The position numbers and the translations under genes are program-made. Source: Candidatus Krumholzibacteriia bacterium (lineage in GTDB: Bacteria > Krumholzibacteriota > Krumholzibacteriia > WVZY01 > JAKEHA01). From it: a stretch of DNA of 63,235 bases. This document shows, piece by piece, positions 1-9,635 of the stretch. The stretch is from NCBI GenBank assembly GCA_036273975.1, contig DASUGO010000103.1:1-63235 (forward strand), read 5' to 3'. Position 1 is the stretch's first letter, and every line of letters starts with the position of its first letter. The notes below the pieces were generated by a model, which worked only from the letters and a program-made list of their open reading frames with translations, was not told the DNA's origin and ran no database searches.

Positions 1-1371
1 CTTGTCCATTTCCTTGTCCAACCCGTAGCGCTGGATCTTGCGATACAGCGTCGACGCGTTGATGCCCAGGATCTGGCTGGCTTTCTTCTTCTGCCAGTTG
101 GTGTCGTTCAGCACCTTGATCAGATACTCCTTCTCGAGTTCGTCCAGCGTGACCTGGGCGCGGTCGGTGATCAGCGTGCTGCTGGCCGTCTCGCGCTCGC
201 AGATCTTCTCCGGCAGCGAGCCCGCAGTGATCTGGTCGGTGTCCTCGAGGATCAGCGCCCGCTCAACCACGTTCTCGAGTTCCCGCACGTTGCCCGGCCA
301 GTCGTACACCACCAGAATCTCCATCGCCTCGCGGGTGATGCCCTTCTGGCGCGCCTCCGGCAGGTCCTCGTTGTACTTCTTGAGGAAGTGCTGGACGATG
401 AGCGGGATGTCGTCCCGGCGCTTGCGCAGCGGCGGCAGGTGCACGGGAATGACGTTGAGGCGGTAGTACAGGTCGGCGCGGAAGCGTTCCTGCTTGATGG
501 CTTTCTCGAGGTCGGCGTTGGTCGCCGCGACCAGGCGCACGTCCACCTTGATCGGGTTGGTGCCACCCACCGGGATGACCTCGCGCTCCTGCAGAACGCG
601 CAGCAGTTTCACCTGAATGGTCGGCGAGGTCTCGCCGATCTCGTCCAGGAAGAACGTCCCCCCCTGGGCGACCTTGAACAGGCCTTCCTTGTCGCGGATG
701 GCGCCGGTGAACGACCCCTTCACGTGACCGAACAGCTCGCTCTCGAGCAGGCTCTCCGGCAACGCGCCGCAGTTGATGCTCACGAACGGCCCGTTGGCCC
801 GTGACGACCGGAAGTGGATCGCACGCGCGATCAGTTCCTTGCCGGTACCGCTCTCGCCGTAGATCAGGATGGTCGAATCCGTGTCCGCCACCTTGTCCAC
901 CAGGTTGAAGATCTTCTGCATCTCGTCGCTCTTGCCGACGATGGTGCGCAGATCGGCCGTCTTCTTGAGCTGCTTCTTCAGCATCACGTTCTCGGTGCGC
1001 ACCTTCTTCATGTCGAGGGCGTTGCGCACCACCATCTTGATCTCGTCGTTCTTGGCGTGCTTGATCAGGTAGTGGAATGCCCCCTGGTTGACCGCCTCGA
1101 TCGCGGTCTTCTGGGAGGCGTACGCGGTCATGATCACCACCGGCATCATCGGGTCATGGCGCTTGATCTCGCGCAGCACCTCGATGCCGTCCATCCCCGC
1201 CATCTTGATGTCGGTGAGAACGACGTCGTAACGGCTGCCCGCGATCTCCTCGATTGCCTTCTTCCCGGAGCTGACCGTCGTGATCTCATAGCCTTCCTTT
1301 CGAAGCATGATCGAAAGGAACTGGCACATGCTCTTCTCGTCGTCGACCACCAGAATGCGTTCTCCAGCCAT
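1..1371 (-). CDS. pilR: sigma-54-dependent response regulator (NtrC/PilR family); the last few codons run off the window
   Basis: Absent from the ORF track because no stop codon lies inside the window. The reverse strand from ATG 1371-1369 reads MAGERILVVDDEKSMCQFLSIMLRKEGYEI...TDIKMAGMDG (receiver domain). It continues through LESELFGHVKGSFTGA (sigma-54 activator AAA+ domain). It ends ...ILGINASTLYRKIQRYGLDKEMDK (Fis-type HTH) at position 1. The frame is open for all 457 codons. Confidence 0.9.
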   Translation of the reverse strand, partial: MAGERILVVDDEKSMCQFLSIMLRKEGYEITTVSSGKKAIEEIAGSRYDVVLTDIKMAGMDGIEVLREIKRHDPMMPVVIMTAYASQKTAIEAVNQGAFHYLIKHAKNDEIKMVVRNALDMKKVRTENVMLKKQLKKTADLRTIVGKSDEMQKIFNLVDKVADTDSTILIYGESGTGKELIARAIHFRSSRANGPFVSINCGALPESLLESELFGHVKGSFTGAIRDKEGLFKVAQGGTFFLDEIGETSPTIQVKLLRVLQEREVIPVGGTNPIKVDVRLVAATNADLEKAIKQERFRADLYYRLNVIPVHLPPLRKRRDDIPLIVQHFLKKYNEDLPEARQKGITREAMEILVVYDWPGNVRELENVVERALILEDTDQITAGSLPEKICERETASSTLITDRAQVTLDELEKEYLIKVLNDTNWQKKKASQILGINASTLYRKIQRYGLDKEMDK

Positions 1372-1403
1372 GCGTACATCCCTTCCCTGTCGGGCCATGG
1401 GTC

Positions 1404-3107
1404 CTACTCCACCGTTGCCACCGCGACTTGTTCGTCCGCGGGAGCACGCTGCGGCCTGCCAGCCGGCAGAGTGATCGTGAACACGGCGCCCGCCCCCTCG
1501 CGGTTGCCAAACTCGAGCGCGCCCCCGTGGGCGGCGACGATCTTGTTGGCGATCGCGAGTCCGAGTCCCGTGCCCCCTTCTTTCGTCGTGAAGAATGGTT
1601 CGAAGAACCGTTCCATCGATTCGGGGTCGATACCCCGTCCCGTGTCGCGGAACTCGACGCGCACCCTCCCGGTCTCGTTGACCTGCGCCACAACCTCCAG
1701 CGTGCCGCCCTCGGGCATGGCTTCGCAGGCGTTGACAGCGAGGCTCATGAAGACCTGCCGCATCTGTTCGTCGTCCACGAACACGGTGGGCAGATCGTCT
1801 GCACATTCGAGCCGTATGTTGATGCCGTCACTCTTCTCCGCGTTCTTCTTCAAGAGCACCATTGTCTCGGCGAGGCTCTTGTCCACCCGCGCCGGTGAGC
1901 GGCGCGGCGTGCGCAGCCGCGCGAACTCCAGAAAGTCCGATATGATCCGGTCGAGGCGGTCGGACTCGCGCATGATCAGTTCCATCAGCCGTTTGTCCTC
2001 ACCCTCGAGTTCCAGTTCCTGATAGAGCATCTCGATGGACCCGGATATCGAGGCCAGCGGGTTGCGCAGTTCGTGCGCGATGCCCGCCGACAGTTCTCCG
2101 ATGGCGGCCAGCCGGTCGGCCTTGCGCACCCGTTCACGCATCTCGTGGACCTCGGTGAGGTCCTGGAAGACCGCAATGACACCGCGCCGCTGTCCGGCGC
2201 CGTCGTGCAGGTGCGAGATGCTGATCCCCAGCGGCCGGTCGTGGCCGGTGCGCGTGTGGGTTGCGATCTCCTGGCGGCGCTTGCCGCGCTCGGACATCAG
2301 CGACAGCGTCAGTTCGTGCGCCAGATCCGGCAGGCGCTCGCGCAGCGCGTCGTCGATGTGCGCGGCCAGCACCGCATCCTTGTCGATATCGAGAATCTGT
2401 TCGGCGGCCGCGTTCATCGTCAGCACGCGCCCGTCGATGTCGACCACCAGCACGCCGCTGCTCATGTTTTCCAGAATGTAGTTCGTGTCCACCCGCAGCT
2501 GTTCGAGCGCCGATTCCGCGAAGTGCAGCGCCCTGCCCTTGAGCTTGATGCGGTCGGCCAGATAACCGCCGACCGTGCCCACCAGCAGGAACATCGAGAC
2601 GTGCATGTAGGCGTCGATCAGTCCGCTGGTCGCGCCCCGCGCCAGTGCCGCCCCTCCGGGCGAATTCACGATGCCCTGCGCGTCGAGCACCTGCAGTGCC
2701 ACGAAGCACAGCGAGGACAGGAGTGCGGTCACCAGCCCGCCCGGCGTGGCCAGGAGGAACGCGCCGGCCGCGATGGCCAGGCAGTAGACGGTCGTGAACT
2801 GTCCGTTCACCCCGCCGCTGAAGTGCATGATGCCCGCGCACAGCGCGACATCCGCCACCAGCACTCCCCACGCCAGCCGACGCTGCGGGATCCCCATGCG
2901 CGCCAGCCCGAAGGCGGTGGCCCCAACTACGAAACTGAGTCCGAGCAGCCCGTAGAGCGGGCCCACGTCGAACGCGTCCGTCGTGAGTTCGACGATCGTG
3001 ACGCCGGCGCCAACCACCAGTGCCGCCACGATCGCCCGCAACACGAGGAACCGGTCGAAATCCCAGCGCTCACCCGGCGCCGTATCCGACATCCGCACCA
3101 CGTCCAC
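1404..3107 (-). CDS. pilS: membrane sensor histidine kinase, PilS-like (multi-TM + PAS + HisKA + HATPase)
   Basis: 567-aa ORF with about six N-terminal hydrophobic helices. It has the H-box ELSAGIAHELRNPLASI and the G-box GGTGLGLAIANKIVAAHGG. It sits between pilC and the sigma-54 regulator. Confidence 0.8.
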   Translation of the reverse strand: MDVVRMSDTAPGERWDFDRFLVLRAIVAALVVGAGVTIVELTTDAFDVGPLYGLLGLSFVVGATAFGLARMGIPQRRLAWGVLVADVALCAGIMHFSGGVNGQFTTVYCLAIAAGAFLLATPGGLVTALLSSLCFVALQVLDAQGIVNSPGGAALARGATSGLIDAYMHVSMFLLVGTVGGYLADRIKLKGRALHFAESALEQLRVDTNYILENMSSGVLVVDIDGRVLTMNAAAEQILDIDKDAVLAAHIDDALRERLPDLAHELTLSLMSERGKRRQEIATHTRTGHDRPLGISISHLHDGAGQRRGVIAVFQDLTEVHEMRERVRKADRLAAIGELSAGIAHELRNPLASISGSIEMLYQELELEGEDKRLMELIMRESDRLDRIISDFLEFARLRTPRRSPARVDKSLAETMVLLKKNAEKSDGINIRLECADDLPTVFVDDEQMRQVFMSLAVNACEAMPEGGTLEVVAQVNETGRVRVEFRDTGRGIDPESMERFFEPFFTTKEGGTGLGLAIANKIVAAHGGALEFGNREGAGAVFTITLPAGRPQRAPADEQVAVATVE

Positions 3108-3120
3108 GTTCGGCCGGCGC

Positions 3121-4335
3121 CTAACCGTTGCCGACCAGGGTGACGAGTTTGAACATCGGGAGGTACATGGCGATGAGCATGCCGCCGACCACCGTACCCA
3201 TGATCACGATCATGACCGGCTCGATGATCGCCGTGAGCGAGTCCACCGCCGTGTCCACTTCGCTGTCATAGAAATTGGCGATCTTGTCGAGCATTTCGTC
3301 GAGAGCACCCGTCTGCTCACCGACCGAGATCATCGACGTCACCATGGGCGGAAACACACCGCACGACTTCAACGGCTCGGCGATCGTGTTACCCTGGCTG
3401 ATGCTCTCGCGCGTGGACATCACCGCGTTCTCGACCACCCGGTTGCCGGCGGTGCGCGCCGTGATTTCCAGGCCGGAGAGAATCGGAACACCGCTCGAGA
3501 TCAGCGTGCCCAGCGTGCGCGTGAACCGGGCCACGGAACCCTTGCGGATTACCATGCCGAGCACCGGAACGCGCAGCAGCAGCTTGTCGATCATCAGGCG
3601 GCCGGCGTCGGTCTTGTAGTAGCGCTGCAGAGCGATGATGCTCCCGGCGATGATCGCGACGATCGCCCACCAGAAGTTGCGCAGGAAGTCACTGAGCCCG
3701 ATCACGATCCGTGTCGGCAACGGCAGTTCGCCGCCGAAGTCGCTGAACATCTTCGCGAACGTCGGAATGATGAAGATGAGCATGAAGGCGGTCGCCCCCA
3801 GTGCCACCACGCCCACCACGGCCGGGTAGGTCAGCGCGCTCTTCACCTTGCGCTGCAGGGCGTCGAGTTTCTCGAGGAAGGTCGCGAGCCGCTGCAGAAT
3901 GATGTCGAGAATACCGCCGGCCTCGCCGGCTTCGACCATGTTCACATACAGCGTGCTGAAGATTTTCGGGTGACGGGCCATGCCCTCCGCCAGGGTCGAG
4001 CCCCCTTCGACGTCGGACATCACGCGCGCCACCGCCTCGCGCAGCGGAACCTTCTCGGTCTGTTGCGCCAGAATGTCGAGACACTGCACCATCGGCAGAC
4101 CCGCGTTGATCATGGTCGCAAACTGGCGGGTGAAGACGCCGATGTCCTTGACACCCACCCGGGTACTCCCGGGCAGGGTGAAATTCATCTTCTTCGACTT
4201 CTCCCGAACCGACGTGATGATGATCTTGCGCTTGCGGAGATAGCTGACGAGATCATCCTTGGTCTCGGCAGCGTACTCCCCGGAGAGGAGCTCACCGCTC
4301 GGGCTCCGGCCCTTCCATATGTAATTGATAGCCAT
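3121..4335 (-). CDS. pilC: type IV pilus inner-membrane platform protein PilC (GspF family)
   Basis: 404-aa ORF with the duplicated GspF-type domain and TM segments (TYPAVVGVVALGATAFMLIFIIP; PVMIVIMGTVVGGMLIAMYLPMF). It lies adjacent to pilT and pilB. Confidence 0.9.
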   Translation of the reverse strand: MAINYIWKGRSPSGELLSGEYAAETKDDLVSYLRKRKIIITSVREKSKKMNFTLPGSTRVGVKDIGVFTRQFATMINAGLPMVQCLDILAQQTEKVPLREAVARVMSDVEGGSTLAEGMARHPKIFSTLYVNMVEAGEAGGILDIILQRLATFLEKLDALQRKVKSALTYPAVVGVVALGATAFMLIFIIPTFAKMFSDFGGELPLPTRIVIGLSDFLRNFWWAIVAIIAGSIIALQRYYKTDAGRLMIDKLLLRVPVLGMVIRKGSVARFTRTLGTLISSGVPILSGLEITARTAGNRVVENAVMSTRESISQGNTIAEPLKSCGVFPPMVTSMISVGEQTGALDEMLDKIANFYDSEVDTAVDSLTAIIEPVMIVIMGTVVGGMLIAMYLPMFKLVTLVGNG

Positions 4336-4361
4336 CGTTCAGACCCCCTTGCTGGCCGCGC

Positions 4362-5435
4362 CTAGCGAATGCCCGCGGGCTGACCCAGCATCTGGGTCAG
4401 TTCCTGCGGGTCGGTGCTCCGCCGCAACGCCTCTTCCACATCGATGTCCTTCGACACGACCGCGTTGAACAGCGCCTGGTTCATCGTCTGCATGCCGTGC
4501 TTCTGCCCGGCCTGCATGAGCCCGTAAATCTGGTGCACTTTGTCGTCGCGGATCACCGCACGGATGGCCGGCGTGCACACCATGACCTCCGTCACCAGCA
4601 CGCGGCCGCGGCCGCGCATGCGCGGAATCAGCTGCTGGGCCAGCACACCCTCGAGCACGAAGGCCAGCTGCGCGCGCACCTGGTTCTGCTGCGACGGCGG
4701 GAAGGTGTCCACGATGCGGTTGATCGACTCGAAGGTCGAGTTCGTATGCAGCGTGGCCAGCGTGAGGTGACCGGTCTCGGCGATGGTCAGCGCGGCCTGC
4801 ATGGTCTCCTGGTCGCGCATTTCGCCGATGAGAATGACGTCCGGGTCCTGACGCAGCACGTGCTTGAGCGCGTTGCCGAAGGATTCCGTGTCGGCCTTGA
4901 CCTCGCGCTGGTTGACGATGCACTTCTTGTGCTGGTGGATGTACTCGACCGGGTCCTCGATGGTCACGATGTGCGCGCTGCGCTCCGTGTTGACCTTGTC
5001 GATGATGCTGGCGAGCGTGGTCGACTTGCCGCTGCCGGTGGGCCCGGTGACCAGCACCAGCCCCTGCTGCTTGCGCGACAGCTTCTCCATGATGGTCGGG
5101 AGCCCGAGGTCGCGGAAGGTGCGAATTTCGTACGGGATCTGGCGGATGGCCAGCCCCACGCAACCGCGCTGCAGGTAGGCGTTGCCGCGGAAACGGCTCA
5201 TGCCCTTCACGCCGAACGAGAAGTCCAGTTCCTTGAGCCCTTCGAAGCGCTTCTGCTGCTCCTCATTGAGCACGCTGTAGGCCAGCGCCTGTACCTGCTC
5301 CGGAGAGAGCGGCTCACGGTCGGTCTGGGCGACGTTGCCGTCCACGCGCAACATCGGCGGCAGCCCCGCCGTGAGATGGAGGTCGGAGGCCCCCTTCTCG
5401 ATCATCTCTTGCAACAAGTCACGAAGGTTCATCAT
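4362..5435 (-). CDS. pilT: twitching-motility retraction ATPase PilT
   Basis: 357-aa ORF with Walker A GPTGSGKSTT and the motifs ILIGEMRDQET and TGHLTLATLHTNS. It has the PilT size and lacks the GspE N-terminal domain. Confidence 0.92.
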   Translation of the reverse strand: MMNLRDLLQEMIEKGASDLHLTAGLPPMLRVDGNVAQTDREPLSPEQVQALAYSVLNEEQQKRFEGLKELDFSFGVKGMSRFRGNAYLQRGCVGLAIRQIPYEIRTFRDLGLPTIMEKLSRKQQGLVLVTGPTGSGKSTTLASIIDKVNTERSAHIVTIEDPVEYIHQHKKCIVNQREVKADTESFGNALKHVLRQDPDVILIGEMRDQETMQAALTIAETGHLTLATLHTNSTFESINRIVDTFPPSQQNQVRAQLAFVLEGVLAQQLIPRMRGRGRVLVTEVMVCTPAIRAVIRDDKVHQIYGLMQAGQKHGMQTMNQALFNAVVSKDIDVEEALRRSTDPQELTQMLGQPAGIR

Positions 5436-5459
5436 ATGAATACTCTCCTGCCCGCCGGG

Positions 5460-7142
5460 CTAATTTTTCGCGGTCTCGCGCAGCACTTCTTCCAGGGACG
5501 TGTGTCCCAGCTTGAACTTCTCGATTCCGTCCGTGCGCAGGGTCAGCATGCCTTCGTTGACCGCCTGCGACTTGATTTCCACGTTCGACGCCCGGTCCAC
5601 GATCATCTCGCGGATCGTGGGGCTGATCTCCATCACTTCGTAGAGACCCACGCGGCCCTTGTAGCCGGTTTCGTTGCACACCGGGCAGCCCTTGGGCTCG
5701 TAGATGCGCAGTTCGTCCGGGTTCTCGAGGATACCGAGCTCCTTGAGCACCTCGGGGTGGAGACTCGCCGGCGTCTTGCACTTCTCACACAAACGGCGCA
5801 CGAGACGCTGGGCGATGATCAGCAGCACCGAACTCGCCACCAGGAACGGCTCGATACCCATGTCGACCATACGGTTGATCGTGCTGGCCGAGTCGTTGGT
5901 GTGCAGGGTGCTCAATACCAGGTGACCGGTGAGAGCGGCCTTGACCGCAATGGACGCCGTCTCGAGGTCTCGAATTTCACCCACCATGATGACGTTGGGG
6001 TCCTGGCGGAGAAAGGCGCGCAGCGCCGCGGCGAACGAGAGACCGATGTCGTCGTGCACGTTCACCTGATTGATGCCGCCGATGTTGTATTCCACCGGAT
6101 CCTCGGCCGTCATGATGTTGGAATGGGTCTTGTTGATCTTCTGCAGCGCGCTGTACAGCGTGGTCGACTTGCCGGAACCGGTCGGCCCGGTCACCAGCAC
6201 CATCCCGTACGGGTTTTCGATGGCGTTGAGGAAGCGCGCCATCGACGACTGGTGGAAGCCCAGCTTCGCGAGGTCGATCTGCAGGTTGCTCTGGTCGAGA
6301 ATACGCATCACGACCTTCTCGCCAAAAATCGTCGGCAGCGTGCTGACACGCAGGTCGATGGGCTTGCCGTGCATGCGGATCTTGATGCGGCCGTCCTGCG
6401 GGACGCGGCGCTCGGCAATGTCGAGTTCCGCCATGATCTTCAGACGCGACGTGATGGCGTTCTTCATCTTGAACGGCGGCGACATCATCTCGTGCAGCAT
6501 GCCGTCGATGCGGAAGCGCACGCGCAGGCTCTTCTCATACGGCTCGATGTGAATATCGCTGGCGCCCCGTCCAACGGCGTCGGAGATGAGGCTGTTCACC
6601 AGCTTGACGACGGGCGCGTCGACCGCGGCGGCGGCGGCGGCGATCTCCGCGTCGTCCTGCTCTTCGACGATCTCGAAGTCCTCCTCGATCTCGCCCATGA
6701 TGGTGGCGAGCGAGTCGGCCGAGTCGTAAAGGCGGTCGATGGTCCGCTTGATCGCGGTCTCGGTGGCCACCACCGGGCGGACGTCGAAACCGGTGATGAA
6801 CTTGATGTCGTCGATGGCAAAGATGTTGTCGGGATTGGCCATCGCGACCATCAGCGTCCGGCCCTCCCGTTTCAGCGGCACCACCTGGAACTTGGTGGCC
6901 ACGTCGGAGGGAATCAGGTCGACGGCGCTGCCGTCGATCGAGACCGAATCGAGATCCACCGCCGGCACGTTGTAGACCTGGCCCATGAATTCGGCAAACG
7001 CCATCTCCGAAATGGCGCCGGTCTTGACCAGGTTATAAGAGAGGGTTCCCCCGCCCGACTGCTGCGACTCGAGTGCGCGCGCGAGCTGGTCCTGGCTGAT
7101 AAGCGAAGATTCCAGGAGCTTTTGAGCGATTCGGTCTCTCAA
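5460..7142 (-). CDS. pilB: type IV pilus assembly ATPase PilB (GspE family)
   Basis: The ORF track extends this gene to 7253. I prefer TTG at 7142, which is preceded by GGAGG (7151-7155) with an 8-nt spacer and gives MRDRIAQKLLESSLISQDQLARAL (GspE_N-like). Also present: Walker A GPTGSGKSTT, IMVGEIRDLET, and the tetracysteine pattern CEKC...CPVC. Confidence 0.9.
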   Translation of the reverse strand: MRDRIAQKLLESSLISQDQLARALESQQSGGGTLSYNLVKTGAISEMAFAEFMGQVYNVPAVDLDSVSIDGSAVDLIPSDVATKFQVVPLKREGRTLMVAMANPDNIFAIDDIKFITGFDVRPVVATETAIKRTIDRLYDSADSLATIMGEIEEDFEIVEEQDDAEIAAAAAAVDAPVVKLVNSLISDAVGRGASDIHIEPYEKSLRVRFRIDGMLHEMMSPPFKMKNAITSRLKIMAELDIAERRVPQDGRIKIRMHGKPIDLRVSTLPTIFGEKVVMRILDQSNLQIDLAKLGFHQSSMARFLNAIENPYGMVLVTGPTGSGKSTTLYSALQKINKTHSNIMTAEDPVEYNIGGINQVNVHDDIGLSFAAALRAFLRQDPNVIMVGEIRDLETASIAVKAALTGHLVLSTLHTNDSASTINRMVDMGIEPFLVASSVLLIIAQRLVRRLCEKCKTPASLHPEVLKELGILENPDELRIYEPKGCPVCNETGYKGRVGLYEVMEISPTIREMIVDRASNVEIKSQAVNEGMLTLRTDGIEKFKLGHTSLEEVLRETAKN

Positions 7143-7212
7143 AGGACTTGCCTCCGGCACGTTGTGCGCGAGTGATAAACGGAAAAAAATTGCTCGGTGC
7201 GCAGCCGATTCC

Positions 7213-7227
7213 GCAATTCCCGTGCCA
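7213..7227 (-). promoter_or_regulatory. sigma-54 (-24/-12) promoter upstream of pilB
   Basis: The minus strand reads TGGCACgggaaTTGC, matching the consensus TGGCAC-N5-TTGC. It lies about 70 nt upstream of the proposed pilB start, in the 250-nt comEA-pilB gap. A sigma-54 activator is encoded in the same gene block. Confidence 0.7.
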
Positions 7228-7391
7228 CGGGATGGACCGGGGTCGCGCGCCACGCGCCGCCGAAGCGGCGGGGTGCGAAACGGGCCTCCCGTAACGGAAA
7301 CGGCGTGCAGGCAGAGCGCACGCGGACTCGGGGCAGGATTGCAAAATGAGAACCAGCGCGGGCGGGAATCGCCGCCGGGATGAGAATTGCC

Positions 7392-7769
7392 CTACGAACG
7401 CCCGGCGGCCTGCGAGAGGCGGCGGATCGCGGCGGGGCCGATGCCGCGCACCCGGTCGACTTCCGACCATGTGGTGAATGGACCCCGGGCAGCGCGGTCG
7501 GCAACGATGCGCGCGGCGAGCACGGGCCCGATGCCGGGCAGCATCACGAGCGAATCAACGGGGGCGCGCGAGAGGAAGGCGAACGGAGCCGAGCGGAAGG
7601 CGGCCAGCGGCGGATCGCGAGGCGGCGGCGGCACCCGCGCGACGGACCACGCGGGCGGCGATACAAACACCACCGGCGGCGGACTGCCGCCCCGCCCATC
7701 GATGAACGCAACCAGGTGGCCGCCACCCAGCACGATCAGCAGAATTCCCGCCCCCAACACACGCCGCAT
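7392..7769 (-). CDS. comEA: ComEA-like helix-hairpin-helix DNA-binding competence protein
   Basis: 125 aa with an N-terminal TM segment (GAGILLIVLGGG) and a C-terminal HhH motif (LPGIGPVLAARIVADRAARGPFTTWSEVDRVRGIGPAAIRRL). Confidence 0.8.
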   Translation of the reverse strand: MRRVLGAGILLIVLGGGHLVAFIDGRGGSPPPVVFVSPPAWSVARVPPPPRDPPLAAFRSAPFAFLSRAPVDSLVMLPGIGPVLAARIVADRAARGPFTTWSEVDRVRGIGPAAIRRLSQAAGRS

Positions 7770-7793
7770 CCACCCCTCCCCGCAAGCGGGAAT

Positions 7794-9635
7794 TCAATCA
7801 AACAACGTCCACTGGATACCGTAGCAGAATGAACCCGGCGTCATCAAGTAGTCGCCCTGGGTCGCGTACACCTGGTCGAGCACGTTGAGATACTTGAGGT
7901 AGAGACGCACGTCGAGCAGCCGCCCCTCGAGCACGAGGTTGAGCACGTCGAAGGCGGGCAACGCGCGCCCGTCGAAGTCGTCGCGCTCACCCATGTGCAG
8001 AAACTCGGCGCCCGCGTACAGCGCGCTCGTCTTCTCGAACATCTCGCCCCCCAGCAGCGCCGACCCGTTGACCTGCAGATTCGGAACGCTCGCGAACGTC
8101 TCTTCGCGATCCCCCGACGACACCATCACCGCGCCGTCGGCGAGCGCGCGCAGCGGGCCGATTCCGAACTCGGTGCGCAGCCGCTCCTCGACGAACACCA
8201 TATGGCCGGTGCCATCGGCATTCTGCGCCACCCGCCACGTCTCGTTGCCGACGGTGTAGGGACGAAACTCGACGTTCCCATCCGCGGCCATCCACGACAC
8301 GCGCAGGTTGTTCACCACGCGGCCGGTCCGTTGTTCCCATTCGCCGCGCAGCTCGAGCGCGTGCTCCGGGTCCACGCGCGGGTTGCCGGCCAGGGTGTTG
8401 CCGTCGCTCTGGTGCGGCGGGAGATAGCGCTCGGCCAGGGACGGCTGGCGCGCGGCCCGCAGCGCCTGTACGGACACAACCTGGCGCTCCGACCTGCGCC
8501 GCAGCCCGAGCGCGGCCGACCAGCCCGGGGCGCTCTCTTCGTCGCCCGACAGCGCGCCCTCGGCGAACACCGCCGCGCTACCGCCGATCCCCTGTTCGAA
8601 CGTCAGCACGCCACCTCCACCCAGCAGCCGTTTCGACATGCCCGCCCCGACATCCTGCACGAACGACGTCTGCTCGCCGGTCAGCCGCAGACGCATGTGC
8701 CGTGCGCGCGCGCCGAGCCGCGTGGTGAACGCGACGCCCACCGTCTCGTTGGTCGCCGACGAGTCGAGCTGCGACGACTTGAAGCCGCGGCCGTAAACGG
8801 TGAAGCGGGCCGCGTCGACGCCGGCATCGAGCCACGCAACGTGTCCGTCGCGCGTGGCCTCCGCGGCCAGCGCCCCGATGTCGCCGTCGGAGGTGCTCTC
8901 GAACCCGCGGATGCCAAACGTGAACGTGGCGCGGTCGTCCGGCTTGCCATGCAGAACAATCGACGAGTTGCGCGAGCGCGAGCGGCCGAAGTCCGGGTCG
9001 AACGGCGTCTGCCCGGTCGCGTCGAAGTAATACCCGTCGTCGAGCACCTCGTCGTACGAGAGTTCCAGACCCACGGCCCCCTGCTCGGACGCGAAGCGCA
9101 CGCGCCGCTGGCGGAGTTCGTTGGCCCCCTTGGAAAGCTCGATGAACGTCGCGGGCCGCGATCCCAGCGGCGGCGCATCCTGCAGTTCAATCCCGCCCTC
9201 GATCCACGCCGGCCCGGAGGCAAACTCGTCGAGGCGGAGCTCGCCAACGCCGCTGGTCGCGGTCTGCACCCAGGGAGCGGTCCCATCCTGCGGATCGTTG
9301 AACGGGATGCCGTTGACCGAGAGCTGCGCGCGCCCGCGGCCGATGCCCCAGCGCGAGTACCACGCCACGTTGCCGATGGGCCCGGCGCGCACCACCACAC
9401 CACCCGGGGTGAATTCGAAGTAGTTGTCCAGCGACACGGCGTGGACCCGCAGGTACTCCGCGCGCCGGATGAAACTGAACTGTCCCCCGTCCGCGGTCGG
9501 CGTCCACGCCGCGAGGCTGTCCGGGAATTGCGCATGCGCGGGCGACGCGCCCACCCCGGCCATGCACGCGGCCGTGGCCAGCAGCGCCGCGCGCATCGCA
9601 ACCACCCGCGCGCGCATGCGGGCGCGTGCCGTCAT
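7794..9635 (-). CDS. TonB-dependent receptor-like outer-membrane protein (~613 aa)
   Basis: This is the internal ATG of the fused 803-aa track ORF. It gives a signal peptide MTARARMRARVVAMRAALLATAACMAGVGASPAHAQ. Plug-like LSVNGIPFNDPQDG is present, along with barrel motifs RQPSLAERYL and GNPRVDPEHALELRGEW. The start overlaps the upstream stop as ATGA (9632-9635). Confidence 0.75.
   Translation of the reverse strand: MTARARMRARVVAMRAALLATAACMAGVGASPAHAQFPDSLAAWTPTADGGQFSFIRRAEYLRVHAVSLDNYFEFTPGGVVVRAGPIGNVAWYSRWGIGRGRAQLSVNGIPFNDPQDGTAPWVQTATSGVGELRLDEFASGPAWIEGGIELQDAPPLGSRPATFIELSKGANELRQRRVRFASEQGAVGLELSYDEVLDDGYYFDATGQTPFDPDFGRSRSRNSSIVLHGKPDDRATFTFGIRGFESTSDGDIGALAAEATRDGHVAWLDAGVDAARFTVYGRGFKSSQLDSSATNETVGVAFTTRLGARARHMRLRLTGEQTSFVQDVGAGMSKRLLGGGGVLTFEQGIGGSAAVFAEGALSGDEESAPGWSAALGLRRRSERQVVSVQALRAARQPSLAERYLPPHQSDGNTLAGNPRVDPEHALELRGEWEQRTGRVVNNLRVSWMAADGNVEFRPYTVGNETWRVAQNADGTGHMVFVEERLRTEFGIGPLRALADGAVMVSSGDREETFASVPNLQVNGSALLGGEMFEKTSALYAGAEFLHMGERDDFDGRALPAFDVLNLVLEGRLLDVRLYLKYLNVLDQVYATQGDYLMTPGSFCYGIQWTLFD

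Noticed and set aside
4497-7175. 892-aa plus-strand ORF
   Set aside because: It is antisense to pilT and pilB, whose translations carry unmistakable ATPase motifs. Its own product is Arg/His/Asp/Leu-rich low complexity, as expected from an antisense frame in GC-rich DNA.
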